IMG/VR virus record: IMGVR_UViG_3300020814_000535
Direction: 5' to 3' (one strand)
Source of the DNA: a virus
Lineage: Duplodnaviria > Caudoviricetes
DNA length: 64,000 nt
Shown: piece by piece, positions 1-9,900 of the stretch
How positions within the stretch are numbered: position 1 is the first letter of the stretch
How the letters are laid out: each line of letters begins with the position of its first letter
The notes under the pieces: generated by a model
The model's database searches: none
What the model was told of the DNA's origin: nothing
Seen by the model: the letters and a program-made list of their open reading frames with translations, nothing else
Position numbers and translations under genes: made by a program

Positions 1-270
1 AACACCGAGCGCAGCAATGCAAGCTTTAAGGCGATCGTGAATTCTATTGGAGGTCTCTTTTACATTCGCTTCCCCAACAAAATCATCCAATCCAGCACCA
101 ATGCCAGGATAAAGCTCCCAGTCATAAAGACTGCTTTTTACAACAGTCTGAATTTCCTGGACCAACGACATAAGGGTATCTTCTGAGGTGTCTGCTAAAT
201 CACCATCTTCGATTACAAGATCGCCACTGCTCGTCCATTTAAGGTCTATAGAATCGTAATTGTCGGCCAA
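1..270 (-). CDS. baseplate wedge/gp25-like protein (truncated by window edge)
   Basis: Not in ORF track. Read manually from TTG at 270 (AGGA upstream): MADNYDSIDLKWTSSGDLVIEDGDLADT...WELYPGIGAGLDDFVGE, resembling gp25/DUF2634-type wedge proteins; lies at the end of the tail module. Confidence 0.6.
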   Translation of the reverse strand, partial: MADNYDSIDLKWTSSGDLVIEDGDLADTSEDTLMSLVQEIQTVVKSSLYDWELYPGIGAGLDDFVGEANVKETSNRIHDRLKACIAALGV

Positions 271-282
271 TATCCTAGCCTC

Positions 283-618
283 TTAAACTAGCAAGCTCAT
301 AAAGAAAGCCACATCTTTTGCTATGTTAACCAATCCTACAATAGGAGGAATTGGGAGATGAGAGGGAAGTGGAGAAATAATTGTCGAAGGAATCATTTTG
401 GTCATGTCGGGCATCTCAACAAACAAGCCGCCCCTGCGCACGCCTGTACCGTCTGTAATAAAAGAAACTTTTCCCTTTAGGAAAATACCATTCTCCGTTA
501 CAGAGATAAAATTATTTGCATTCCCAATGATTTGGGCAGCTTTATTAGAGAGGGTAATTCCTGCCTCTGCATCTTTGGATGCCTTAATGACTCTTTTTCT
601 AGGATCCTTTTTTGCCAT
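283..618 (-). CDS. hypothetical baseplate-region protein
   Basis: ORF 283..651; start moved to ATG 618 to avoid overlap with the upstream gene. Confidence 0.55.
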   Translation of the reverse strand: MAKKDPRKRVIKASKDAEAGITLSNKAAQIIGNANNFISVTENGIFLKGKVSFITDGTGVRRGGLFVEMPDMTKMIPSTIISPLPSHLPIPPIVGLVNIAKDVAFFMSLLV

Positions 619-629
619 TAATTCCTTTC

Positions 630-1040
630 CTATGGCGTAAAAATTTCCCAAAGTCCCGTTTCTACATCGTTCAACAACTCTTCTTCTTGGCCTGGTTTTG
701 CATCAGGAGCATGTGTAATTGTGGCCATCGCGTCAGAACCATCTGGAAATCTATATTCTACATGAACTCCCCAACCAATAGTAACTGTTCCGAACTTCTC
801 TCTAATTTCTTCTGCTGAATGAACAAGCCTAATCCATTTATCCTGCGCTATCATAGATCCGTCGTTTCTATTGTAAGCTTTAATAGAGAGAGGAGATTGT
901 CTAACTTGAGATATTATGCCATCTATTTTATGTAAAGATTCTAATGCTCCAACAGAGCCAAGACCTGATTGTCTCTTTTGTTCGCCCGCGAGCGTAGACG
1001 CATACCCCATAACAGGACTAAGTTTGCCCGTAGAAGACAT
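630..1040 (-). CDS. hypothetical baseplate-region protein
   Basis: 136-aa ORF between hub-like and gp25-like genes. Confidence 0.6.
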   Translation of the reverse strand: MSSTGKLSPVMGYASTLAGEQKRQSGLGSVGALESLHKIDGIISQVRQSPLSIKAYNRNDGSMIAQDKWIRLVHSAEEIREKFGTVTIGWGVHVEYRFPDGSDAMATITHAPDAKPGQEEELLNDVETGLWEIFTP

Positions 1041-1075
1041 ACTACGATTATTTCAGTTTTTTAGATTTCTGCCAA
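1041..1075 (-). promoter_or_regulatory. putative promoter for a leaderless mRNA
   Basis: TTGGCA-N17-AATAAT-N6-ATG, no Shine-Dalgarno (SD). Confidence 0.55.
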
Positions 1076-1079
1076 GAAG

Positions 1080-4000
1080 CTAACCACCAATAGTACCTAC
1101 GGCATATCGACCAGTCCACTTTTTGAGCGTACCAACGATATTGTCCATCGTATCTTCAAACCAGGCGTCATAACCAAGATCTGCCTCTGGCTTCCATTCT
1201 CCAAACAAGGTGCTCCAGGTAGACGCAGGCATTTTTCTTGTAGGAATCCCGCCCGTAAATGGACGTCCATGATGCAACAATGGGTTCATCGTGATGGGTT
1301 CTCCCCAAGGCGTGTAATTAAGGATCTTTTTGGCCACAAAAAGACCGACAGCTCCCATGGCCGCACTTATTGGAGCAGACAGCATAGTTGAGTATGGACT
1401 ACTTAAAGCCCTCAGCTTACTGGCGGCTTGTTCACCCCAAACCTTCTTGTAAACGCCTTCGGTAATAACCCCCAAAGCCTCCATCGAGCTAAGGAGACAC
1501 CAGTCGTTAACATACACACACATATCTGGAGTAACCTCGGTTAGAAAACCGCTCTCACGAGTGAAGGTGTGAACTACCTGCTCTACGTCTATAGGACCAA
1601 CCATATCCGAATAATCGTCTACAATAAAAATCGTGTCATAAGGCTTGATGCTCGCATCGCCAATACCGATAATATCTCCTTTGTAAATATCTTTCGCATC
1701 TCTAGCTAACAAACTCAATGCGTAGCGTCTTGCCATGTTTTCGTTGTTTACATTAACAAACTCACCTACTCTAACTCTTGTATCTTCTGTTGGCAGAGCA
1801 TTATCAAGTTTCAAAGTAAAAGACTCCATCTCAGTTTGCATTTGCAAATCAACAGATTCTTTCTTTTCAGAATCTACCTGGCTTTTTGGATACTTAATAA
1901 CAATTGTATTGGCAACATCTCTTGCATCGGCCTTGATATTATTCGCTACGATATGAGAAGCCCCCGTCCATAGATGATACTGTCTAAATGGGCGAATAAA
2001 TCCTGCTTCTTTAGCCAACTGCAAACGCTGTTCGTTGTATTTGGCAAATGTCTTCTTTACTTCTTTTGTCTTGTTAAAGATCTGTTCAACACTATTTAAA
2101 CTACCAGCACTAGTCCCCATTGGCGTAACTGCAGCAAGAACTTGGTGGGCATTTATTTGTTTCCGCGACTCAATCGTCTCTTCTTCCGCAATAGCTTTAA
2201 CCTTAGCTTGAGCAGACTGTTCGTCTGAAGTAGCTGTTCTAGCAAAATACATCTGATTGGGAAGGCCAAAGAAGTAAGTCATCCGCTCGCCGTATTTGTC
2301 AGGATAAGGAACAGGAGAGCCAATAAAGTTTGGATGTCTTAGCTCGAGTTCCTTGAAGATATCCCAAATTGTTGTCTGATAAATAAAGTACTTCAATTCC
2401 TTAAAGATTATCCCAGACCCAAACTTAGCTAGATCCTCTTCTGCTCGAGGAGCAAAGATATTGTCGTCTTCCGGAGCAGGAACGAATTGCCACTTGTGGG
2501 TTAACAGATCTCGTTCACTCGTTGTATCTCCGCGCGCCCACCGACCAAAGTGGAGAATCTCAGGTTGAGCCAACATCTCCTCAAAGATACGTCCTGTTGT
2601 AGCGTTGTCAGTAAAACCCCACCAGCACCAGGTCCCAAGTCCCCAGGTATTCTTGGATGTCGGCTTATCTAGTCCTTTAATATCTTGTTGCAATTCAGTC
2701 GCGTGGCTTTGAGCAACAATGGTTACTAGATCGTCTGTATCCGAGAAGAGGACAGCCTGTATCTTGCCTGTGAAAACTCCGTCTAGCAGTTTGGGATCCG
2801 CCGAATAACCCAATTTAAGATGAATGTCCATTCCTTCTTGAAGTAGAAGGGAGGCTATTGGATTCTCTTGAAGTGTATTTGCTTTCGAAGGATCATCTAA
2901 AGCTCCCATTTCCGACACCAAGTTGCCCTTGCTGTCTCTTGGAGCGTTGCCTTTTGAATCATATCTTCCTCTCTGCGAATCATCTTCATGTTTGAATTTT
3001 CTATTACTAAGAACTCCAGAAACATTTGTTAGCTCAATTACACAGAGATCTGCAGCAATCTTTCTGCTTTTGATAACGCGAATTGATTGAACAGAATTGT
3101 AAGAAAAGAAATCGTCATAGGCCAGGCGCTTTCTCTGACCCGAATCATCTTCGATAAAGTAAAGCTTGAATGTTGGGAATGCTCTAACTAATCTTTGAGC
3201 TTGTCCCTTTAAAAGCCTAGTCTCAAAATCATTAATTGCTTCGATCAAAGGAGAAGTGGTCGTAGAAGTAATATCCAGGGGAGTCGACCGTGCAGCGATT
3301 TTATTCATTGCGCGTCTTGATTGTTCGGCCATCTGGCGACCAGCATTCTTTCCCTTGATCCAAGGAATGTTCGAATCCACAACAGGATTCATAATCTTAC
3401 TTTTATCTTTATTAGACTGAACACTCCAACATTCAAAATGCAAATGAGGTCTTGTATAAGGATAACCACTTCTTCCAAGAACAGCGATACAATCTCCGGC
3501 TTTTACCTTAGCTCCTGCCTTAACACCAGGGTTGATCGCCTGAAGGTGCATATATCTTGTATACTTAACTTGCTTGCCATTCGGATGCGCAATCTCTATA
3601 AACAATCCAGCCTGAGGAGTTGGAACTTTGCTGGCGAATTTAACAACTCCGTCCGCCACGCAATAAACTTCTATTCCAACATTGCCAAAGATATCCACAC
3701 CCTCGTGAACGTACCCAATCTTTTTACCTTTATCTCTACTCCAAGCCATATACTGCGCATGCGTAGCCTTACTTAAATTTGGGAAATCAGAAGGATTGCA
3801 ACAGCCAGCTTCTACAAGAGTTTTTCTTGCAGCTGGAGAATTCCAATGAGCTACCGCGCTCTTCCTTCTGCCTTCAAAAGAAAAAGGAGTCGTTCCAATA
3901 TCTCTAACACCCAGAGGCTCGTTAATAACCGAATAGCTAGCTACAGGACAAACCATACCGTATTCATTTGGGGTCTGAGTTGACTTCTTGGGTGGCCACG

Positions 4001-6986
4001 AAAACTGGAATTCAAGCGGTTCAATACCTAAATCAGAATTTGATCCGGATCTCACTCCAACAGAAGCGGAAGGGCTGGTATCTTTACCTCCACTCGGAGT
4101 TGTCGTTCCGCCCATACGAGCCGTAACGCCTCCCCACAGTTCGTGAGTGTCGGAAGAATGAGGAATCAAACCTTGGCTCTGAATGACATACTCATCGTCA
4201 TACCAGTTGGTGGAAATTCTACTGGGATCTGGTTTAACGGTTAGCTTAATGCCTTCTCCTGAATTACCTCCCTCATTCTCGTTGCGGGTAGAGTTGTTGT
4301 AAGAGATTTTATCGTAGAGAGGCTTCGCCATCTCGTTCTTAGCTAACTCTTCAATAGCTTTTCTTGGACCTTTATCACCTCCACCAATATGTTCTAGATA
4401 CGACTTCTTAAAGAAGTTTCCAGTTGAATCTTGAGCTTGGTCATATAGAGCAAGACTGTGTTCTCTAGCTTGATTCAAAAGGTTGCTGTCAATTAAAGAT
4501 CCAGCTGTAGCTGCGGCTATTGATCCATCGTAGGTTGGATACCAGAAGTAGATATCAGGATCGTAGTCTATTAGTTTCTCTTTGGTAAACGTTGCATCCA
4601 TCGACGATCCGACAGAAGAAAGTTGTTCTCTGAAATCTGGATAGGCTGTTTTTCCTTGCCCGATTCCCAGGCTTTCTTTCTTAATCTTGAGATGCTCGAA
4701 CTCTGGAAGAGTTAGATATTCTCCATTAATGATTTTGTCCAACAAAGCTGAAAGATCTTTTTGGTATCTCTGAAAACCAAGTTCTTGTAGTCTTTGCTTT
4801 TTTTTATCATTTGCATCAGACATTCTGCTAATAGCTTTCTGGATGTCATTCATTTGGCGCTCACCTTCGCCAGAACCTCCTCCGCTCCTACTAATAACAT
4901 CTCTCTTTAGCTTATCGACTCCAAAAATAGAACCGTTGTTTGGCAAAGCTTCAATCAATGAATAAGTTTGCCATCCCCCTCTCCAGGAATACATATCTCC
5001 GCGCCCGCTCCCAAATGTAACGCCAGGAGACATATTCCCATTCTTCCACATTCCACTTTCGGCATATTGGTCTCCCTTTCCCCAAACACCGCTCTTGCTA
5101 AACGTAGCTCCAGCTTTATCTGGGTAGATCGCTTCCATTACATCTTTGGCTAGTTTGTTATATAGAATACAACCTTCCAGAACCAGGTCATAAAAAGCTT
5201 TGTTCTGTTTTGAACTAGAGACAGAAGGCTCGATCATATACCAGCATTCTCTAGAGGCCTTAGTATTCTTGTAAAGAACCTTCCAAACTTCATTTCTCAT
5301 TCCATTCTCACTCATCACGAATTCTTGTTGAAGGGCTTCTTGGTCTTCCAGGCGGGTTTTGCTTTCAATGCCGGCAGACGTCAATGACAAGATAGCTTTA
5401 GAACGTCCAGGTTGATCTGGAATAGTCGCGGCATCAAAAGACTTCCCTATAAATTCTGAGAGACCAAAAAGACTCAGAAAGTCATTCTTCACAAATACGT
5501 TTCTTATCCCTTGCGGGACCATCTTGTAACGAAGATTAATGTTTTCCCAGGAATCATAGATGTTTGCCAGATTGTTTACCGCATAGTTTGTTCCATTCAT
5601 AGTAAACTCGGCTGTTGAATCATAGCCTCCTGTAAACTGACAAGTCGGATAAGAATGACCAGCCATTGCAATAATGGCAATACAGGGAGAGAAAGTTACA
5701 GAACAAGCTTCCAGTACAATGCCATTGTTAGGCATTCCAGGAGTAGAGGAGCTAATCAGGAAACTTTCTTCTTTGCGATAGAGTTTGTATCCGCCGGCAG
5801 ATATCTTCTTTCCGCCCACCTTGATCGAGGCTTGAGTTCCAAAACCTTCCATCTCTTGATACAAACTAAGCTGGGAATCTTCCTTCTCGGCTTGTTTAAT
5901 CATCTGCAAACGTTTCAACACTTCTGCTCCAGCCGAATTGATAGCTTCTTTATTTTCGTTTACAACAGCCTTCCCCGACTTCTTGCTCTGCATATAGCCA
6001 GGAGTAAGTTTCTGGAGTACTGGCAAAAGAACTTCGGAGGTTGCCTTGGTTAACTCGCCCTTCTGGAATCCCATCAGAGCCATTCCTTCTGGCTGTGTTA
6101 GAATTCCTCTCTCCTTCATCTTCTGAGCCCAGGTATCTACAGCATATTGGCTAATCAAAGTATCTGAGTTCTCAACAGGAACGCATCTTCCCTGAACCCC
6201 AGGAAGATCGAAGTTAGAGCTTTGGCCATAGTCTAGAGTTTCGCGCCAAGCCTCCATTGCTCCATCAGGATTACCTTTTAATGTGTCGAGAAGTTCCTTT
6301 GCGGCTGCTTCCGCTGCAGCGTTCGTGTGCGGAAGAATCTTGAATTTATTCCAGGCAATAGTTGTTCTTTCGGCTTCGCTATTGAGTCCGATGTAGGGCC
6401 AAGTAACTGACTGACATTTCTTAAGCACAGGTTGATAGAACATCTTCCATAAATCGGAATCTTTAATGTTTCCGGGAGAGGCGAAATCTGGCCCTGTTTT
6501 AAAAGCCAGGGTCGAAACGTAGGGAAAGTAGTTAAACCAGATAAAGTTAAATTGACCGTGCAGCGTATCTGGCATTCCCGGAATCGTCGAGAAAGTCATC
6601 GACGTAAGGACTAGCGCAGTTTGATTGAGTTCCTTGTACTTTTCGTCTCTTTGGCCGCCGACCAATGCTAATTGATCGTTTAGATATTTATTCGAGACTA
6701 CACAGAAAGGAGTCGATCTTAGTCCTGCGAATAAAGGACGAAGACGATTGTTAATTGATTCGTTTCCGCAAAAAGGAACAGATAAAGAAACGCTGATAAC
6801 CGAATGGCCAGATTTGGCCTTCTGCGGAGCTGCTGCCCGAAGAGAATCCCACTGATTCAAGAAACTTCTTCTACTAACAGATATCTGATCTGGAGGTATT
6901 TGCAGAAGAACATCGTTAATCGTAAAGTCGTCTTCTTCTACCTTGCCAGCTCTAATTGCAGATTTGATTTCGGTAGTTTCGGGCAA
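1080..6986 (-). CDS. baseplate hub/tail-associated protein with M23 peptidase domain
   Basis: 1968 aa; M23 zinc motifs HEGVD, YMHL and HLHFE (~3380-3720); position before baseplate genes. Confidence 0.7.
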   Translation of the reverse strand: MPETTEIKSAIRAGKVEEDDFTINDVLLQIPPDQISVSRRSFLNQWDSLRAAAPQKAKSGHSVISVSLSVPFCGNESINNRLRPLFAGLRSTPFCVVSNKYLNDQLALVGGQRDEKYKELNQTALVLTSMTFSTIPGMPDTLHGQFNFIWFNYFPYVSTLAFKTGPDFASPGNIKDSDLWKMFYQPVLKKCQSVTWPYIGLNSEAERTTIAWNKFKILPHTNAAAEAAAKELLDTLKGNPDGAMEAWRETLDYGQSSNFDLPGVQGRCVPVENSDTLISQYAVDTWAQKMKERGILTQPEGMALMGFQKGELTKATSEVLLPVLQKLTPGYMQSKKSGKAVVNENKEAINSAGAEVLKRLQMIKQAEKEDSQLSLYQEMEGFGTQASIKVGGKKISAGGYKLYRKEESFLISSSTPGMPNNGIVLEACSVTFSPCIAIIAMAGHSYPTCQFTGGYDSTAEFTMNGTNYAVNNLANIYDSWENINLRYKMVPQGIRNVFVKNDFLSLFGLSEFIGKSFDAATIPDQPGRSKAILSLTSAGIESKTRLEDQEALQQEFVMSENGMRNEVWKVLYKNTKASRECWYMIEPSVSSSKQNKAFYDLVLEGCILYNKLAKDVMEAIYPDKAGATFSKSGVWGKGDQYAESGMWKNGNMSPGVTFGSGRGDMYSWRGGWQTYSLIEALPNNGSIFGVDKLKRDVISRSGGGSGEGERQMNDIQKAISRMSDANDKKKQRLQELGFQRYQKDLSALLDKIINGEYLTLPEFEHLKIKKESLGIGQGKTAYPDFREQLSSVGSSMDATFTKEKLIDYDPDIYFWYPTYDGSIAAATAGSLIDSNLLNQAREHSLALYDQAQDSTGNFFKKSYLEHIGGGDKGPRKAIEELAKNEMAKPLYDKISYNNSTRNENEGGNSGEGIKLTVKPDPSRISTNWYDDEYVIQSQGLIPHSSDTHELWGGVTARMGGTTTPSGGKDTSPSASVGVRSGSNSDLGIEPLEFQFSWPPKKSTQTPNEYGMVCPVASYSVINEPLGVRDIGTTPFSFEGRRKSAVAHWNSPAARKTLVEAGCCNPSDFPNLSKATHAQYMAWSRDKGKKIGYVHEGVDIFGNVGIEVYCVADGVVKFASKVPTPQAGLFIEIAHPNGKQVKYTRYMHLQAINPGVKAGAKVKAGDCIAVLGRSGYPYTRPHLHFECWSVQSNKDKSKIMNPVVDSNIPWIKGKNAGRQMAEQSRRAMNKIAARSTPLDITSTTTSPLIEAINDFETRLLKGQAQRLVRAFPTFKLYFIEDDSGQRKRLAYDDFFSYNSVQSIRVIKSRKIAADLCVIELTNVSGVLSNRKFKHEDDSQRGRYDSKGNAPRDSKGNLVSEMGALDDPSKANTLQENPIASLLLQEGMDIHLKLGYSADPKLLDGVFTGKIQAVLFSDTDDLVTIVAQSHATELQQDIKGLDKPTSKNTWGLGTWCWWGFTDNATTGRIFEEMLAQPEILHFGRWARGDTTSERDLLTHKWQFVPAPEDDNIFAPRAEEDLAKFGSGIIFKELKYFIYQTTIWDIFKELELRHPNFIGSPVPYPDKYGERMTYFFGLPNQMYFARTATSDEQSAQAKVKAIAEEETIESRKQINAHQVLAAVTPMGTSAGSLNSVEQIFNKTKEVKKTFAKYNEQRLQLAKEAGFIRPFRQYHLWTGASHIVANNIKADARDVANTIVIKYPKSQVDSEKKESVDLQMQTEMESFTLKLDNALPTEDTRVRVGEFVNVNNENMARRYALSLLARDAKDIYKGDIIGIGDASIKPYDTIFIVDDYSDMVGPIDVEQVVHTFTRESGFLTEVTPDMCVYVNDWCLLSSMEALGVITEGVYKKVWGEQAASKLRALSSPYSTMLSAPISAAMGAVGLFVAKKILNYTPWGEPITMNPLLHHGRPFTGGIPTRKMPASTWSTLFGEWKPEADLGYDAWFEDTMDNIVGTLKKWTGRYAVGTIGG

Positions 6987-6989
6987 GTA

Positions 6990-9900
6990 TTAATCCTCGT
7001 TCATAATCTTAGAAAGTCTTTGCGGCGTAAGGGAAGCTCTGTCGTCCATTACTCTAGAATTTACATTCGCTCCACCCAATGCAACTGATATCTCAGAGTT
7101 TAACATACCAAAATTGATTCCTCCAGGAGATGAGCCTCTGACCTGAACATTGGTTCCTGCAGGAGAAATACGGGCTCTATTCATTCCAGCCATTGGTGTT
7201 TGTGCCGTAGGACTACCTTTCATTGCATGATAATTGTCAGGATCATGGATATTGGTTCCTATGTATTGGCCGCCACTTCCTGATTTCATTCTAGGCATTG
7301 GTGGAGCCAAGTCTCCAGGTCCCATTGTCTTCGGTGGACTACTAAACAAAGCAGCTATTCCAATCGCCGCCCCAATTCCCAATGCAACAGGCTTTGCATG
7401 CTCAATCAGCTTTCCGCCTGTAGCCATCAGTCTATTCTTAACAGCCATTGCTCTCTGAGTAACTTCGGACATTGTTCCAGGAGTGTGCAAAGGAGGAACT
7501 GCACCAGCAAGCGGAGAAGCTCCTTTGAAGCTTCTGGTAAGCAACGAAGACATTTCTTCTGCGGTAATGTTTCTCGCGCGCCCTCGCTGGATATCTCGAA
7601 ATCTAGCAGGGCTCATTCCGTAGGCTGGGTTGAACTTGTGGAATGACGTCATTGAGCCCGAGATGTCCTGAGCCGCTTGTTCTAGGCCGATACCTGGAAT
7701 ATCTTTCTCGATTAATCCATTAAGCCCTTCCAGCGCAACAGTCCCACCCTCGTCCATAAAACGCGCACCAATAGTTCCTGTGCCAACAACCTGTCTTACA
7801 TTCCTAACAAGACTTTCTGTATCGCGATTACCAATAGCTTGTTGAATATTTCCCATCAAAGTAAGAATGTTCTTTTCTTCACCAGGTTTAATGTGCTTTC
7901 CAGAAATCGGAGTTTGTTCCAACCACTCAAGTAGCCCAAGGGCATTCATCTGCCTCTGATGACTAAGAGCTTTTGAGTTCTCGAGGATAGCTGCCCGTGC
8001 GGTCTGAGTTGCCTCGGAAATCAAGCCAATCTGCTCTTTAGTCGCACCTAATTTAATAGCTGCTCCAGCCATAGCTTCTGTATCGGCAATAGAGATACCA
8101 CTGACCGCAGCCTTCTTTGCTTTGAGCAACTGATTGCGAATCATATAAGCATCCGCTTCTGCAGAACGAGATCTCTTAATAGCTTCATCGCTAAGGTTGG
8201 AAGAAAGCATCATGGCAGAAATAATGTCAGCATCATAGTCTCCCATAGCTCCCATCATTGGAGAAAGTCTGAGTAGTCCCAAATCTTCGAGAGCATCCCC
8301 GTTCTTTAAGTAGGCTTTCGTAACCCTTTCACCAAAATACGCATACGGCCCTTCTCCCTCAACGACCTTAAATTCCACAGGTACAGCAGAATATGGAGAA
8401 ATGGAAGGATGTCGCATCATCATGCCACCAATTGAGCCACCCTCCGCAAACAACTTTTCCTTTATCTTGCCAACTTCTAAGCCCCCGTAAAGCTCTTCCA
8501 TGTCTTTTAACATCATCTCTGCATAATCCTTTGTTATACCAATTTGATTCTGCTTCAAGAAAACACCAGGATTAGGTGGAGCTGCAGTCAAGAATCTACT
8601 TCCCATCAAACGTCCGCGCATCAAGGATTCACCACCAGTCCCCGTCAACATTCTTGCTCGAGTAATATCTTGAGCAAACTGATGCATCTCTGCCTGCATA
8701 GCTGTTCGATTTATTTCTCCTCTTTCAAATTGCTCAGCTACATCAACAAATCCTCTGTACTTGGCAGCCAAATCCGGAATGACCTCTTCTCCAGAGGGAG
8801 GAACATATGAGGCTAATTGCGAGATTGTATCTGCCGCAGGTACGTAAAAATCTCCTAAGCCAGAAAGATTTACGAGACCACCTTTCTGAAAGAAGTCTTT
8901 AGTAAGTTGAGAAGGAGTCAATCCAAGTCCGCCAGAAGGCTTAATTAAACTTTCAATCGATTTTCCAAGCTCGCTCGCCTCAAAAGCTTTGTGTGGATAT
9001 CTGTAGGTCATTCGTCCCATAATCTCTTCGTGAACATCTCGTCCAAGCTCACCCAGATTAGGGGCCGTTAAAAACTCAAACAATCGAGGCTCAATTGTTC
9101 CTCTACCGCCCGAACCCGAACCATACTCTCCTGCAAAAGAGAATTGAGCTATACCAATCGGAATTCCTCTAGAAATCTCTGCAGCTTCTTGAGAAGAGAG
9201 ACCGACAGTCTTCTGCCAATAACCCCTAGAAACTGGAACAGAAAGAGCTTCTTGAGCTTTCACCAAAGCTTCTTCGAAAGAAACATTTTGAGACTTAGCT
9301 AAACGAGCTGCTGTCAGATTGGTGAGCCAGTCAGACTCTAAGTTCTTCCATCCAAACACCTCTGGCACTGCTCCGAAAACACGCCCCATCTGTTCTGGAG
9401 AAAGTTTACTTGCACGAGCAATCCTGACAAGTTCTGACAAAACTTGTTCTCTTTGAAGCCCTCCGCTAGCTTCGGCAACCTGTGTAATTTGATTCATCGT
9501 TGCCAAAGGATTCCTTAAAAATTCTGAAGTTATTCCTCTTTCGGGCGCTCCATATGTTTTCCAACTAGTCCCAGATCCACGACGTCTTCCAATCCTTGAT
9601 TTCGACATATTTAATTTTGCGTAGTCATATAGGGCTGTAAACATCTGTTTGTAATGAAGCTGTCTATTTTTACGCAGTTCGTCCATTGAAATAAGAGCAT
9701 CCACGCCAAGTCCAGCACCGCCCACTCTTTTTCCTATCCATTCTCTCATTGCATCGGTCTCAACAACTGTAAGCATAGCTTTAGCGTCACCGAATACTTT
9801 GAATCGCTCCATCCGTCCCGTTTCGCTAATACCTGTAACCTGTACATAGTCTCCAGTGTTTTTGTCTTGATGTCTAATCGCATTAATCAATTTCATATTA

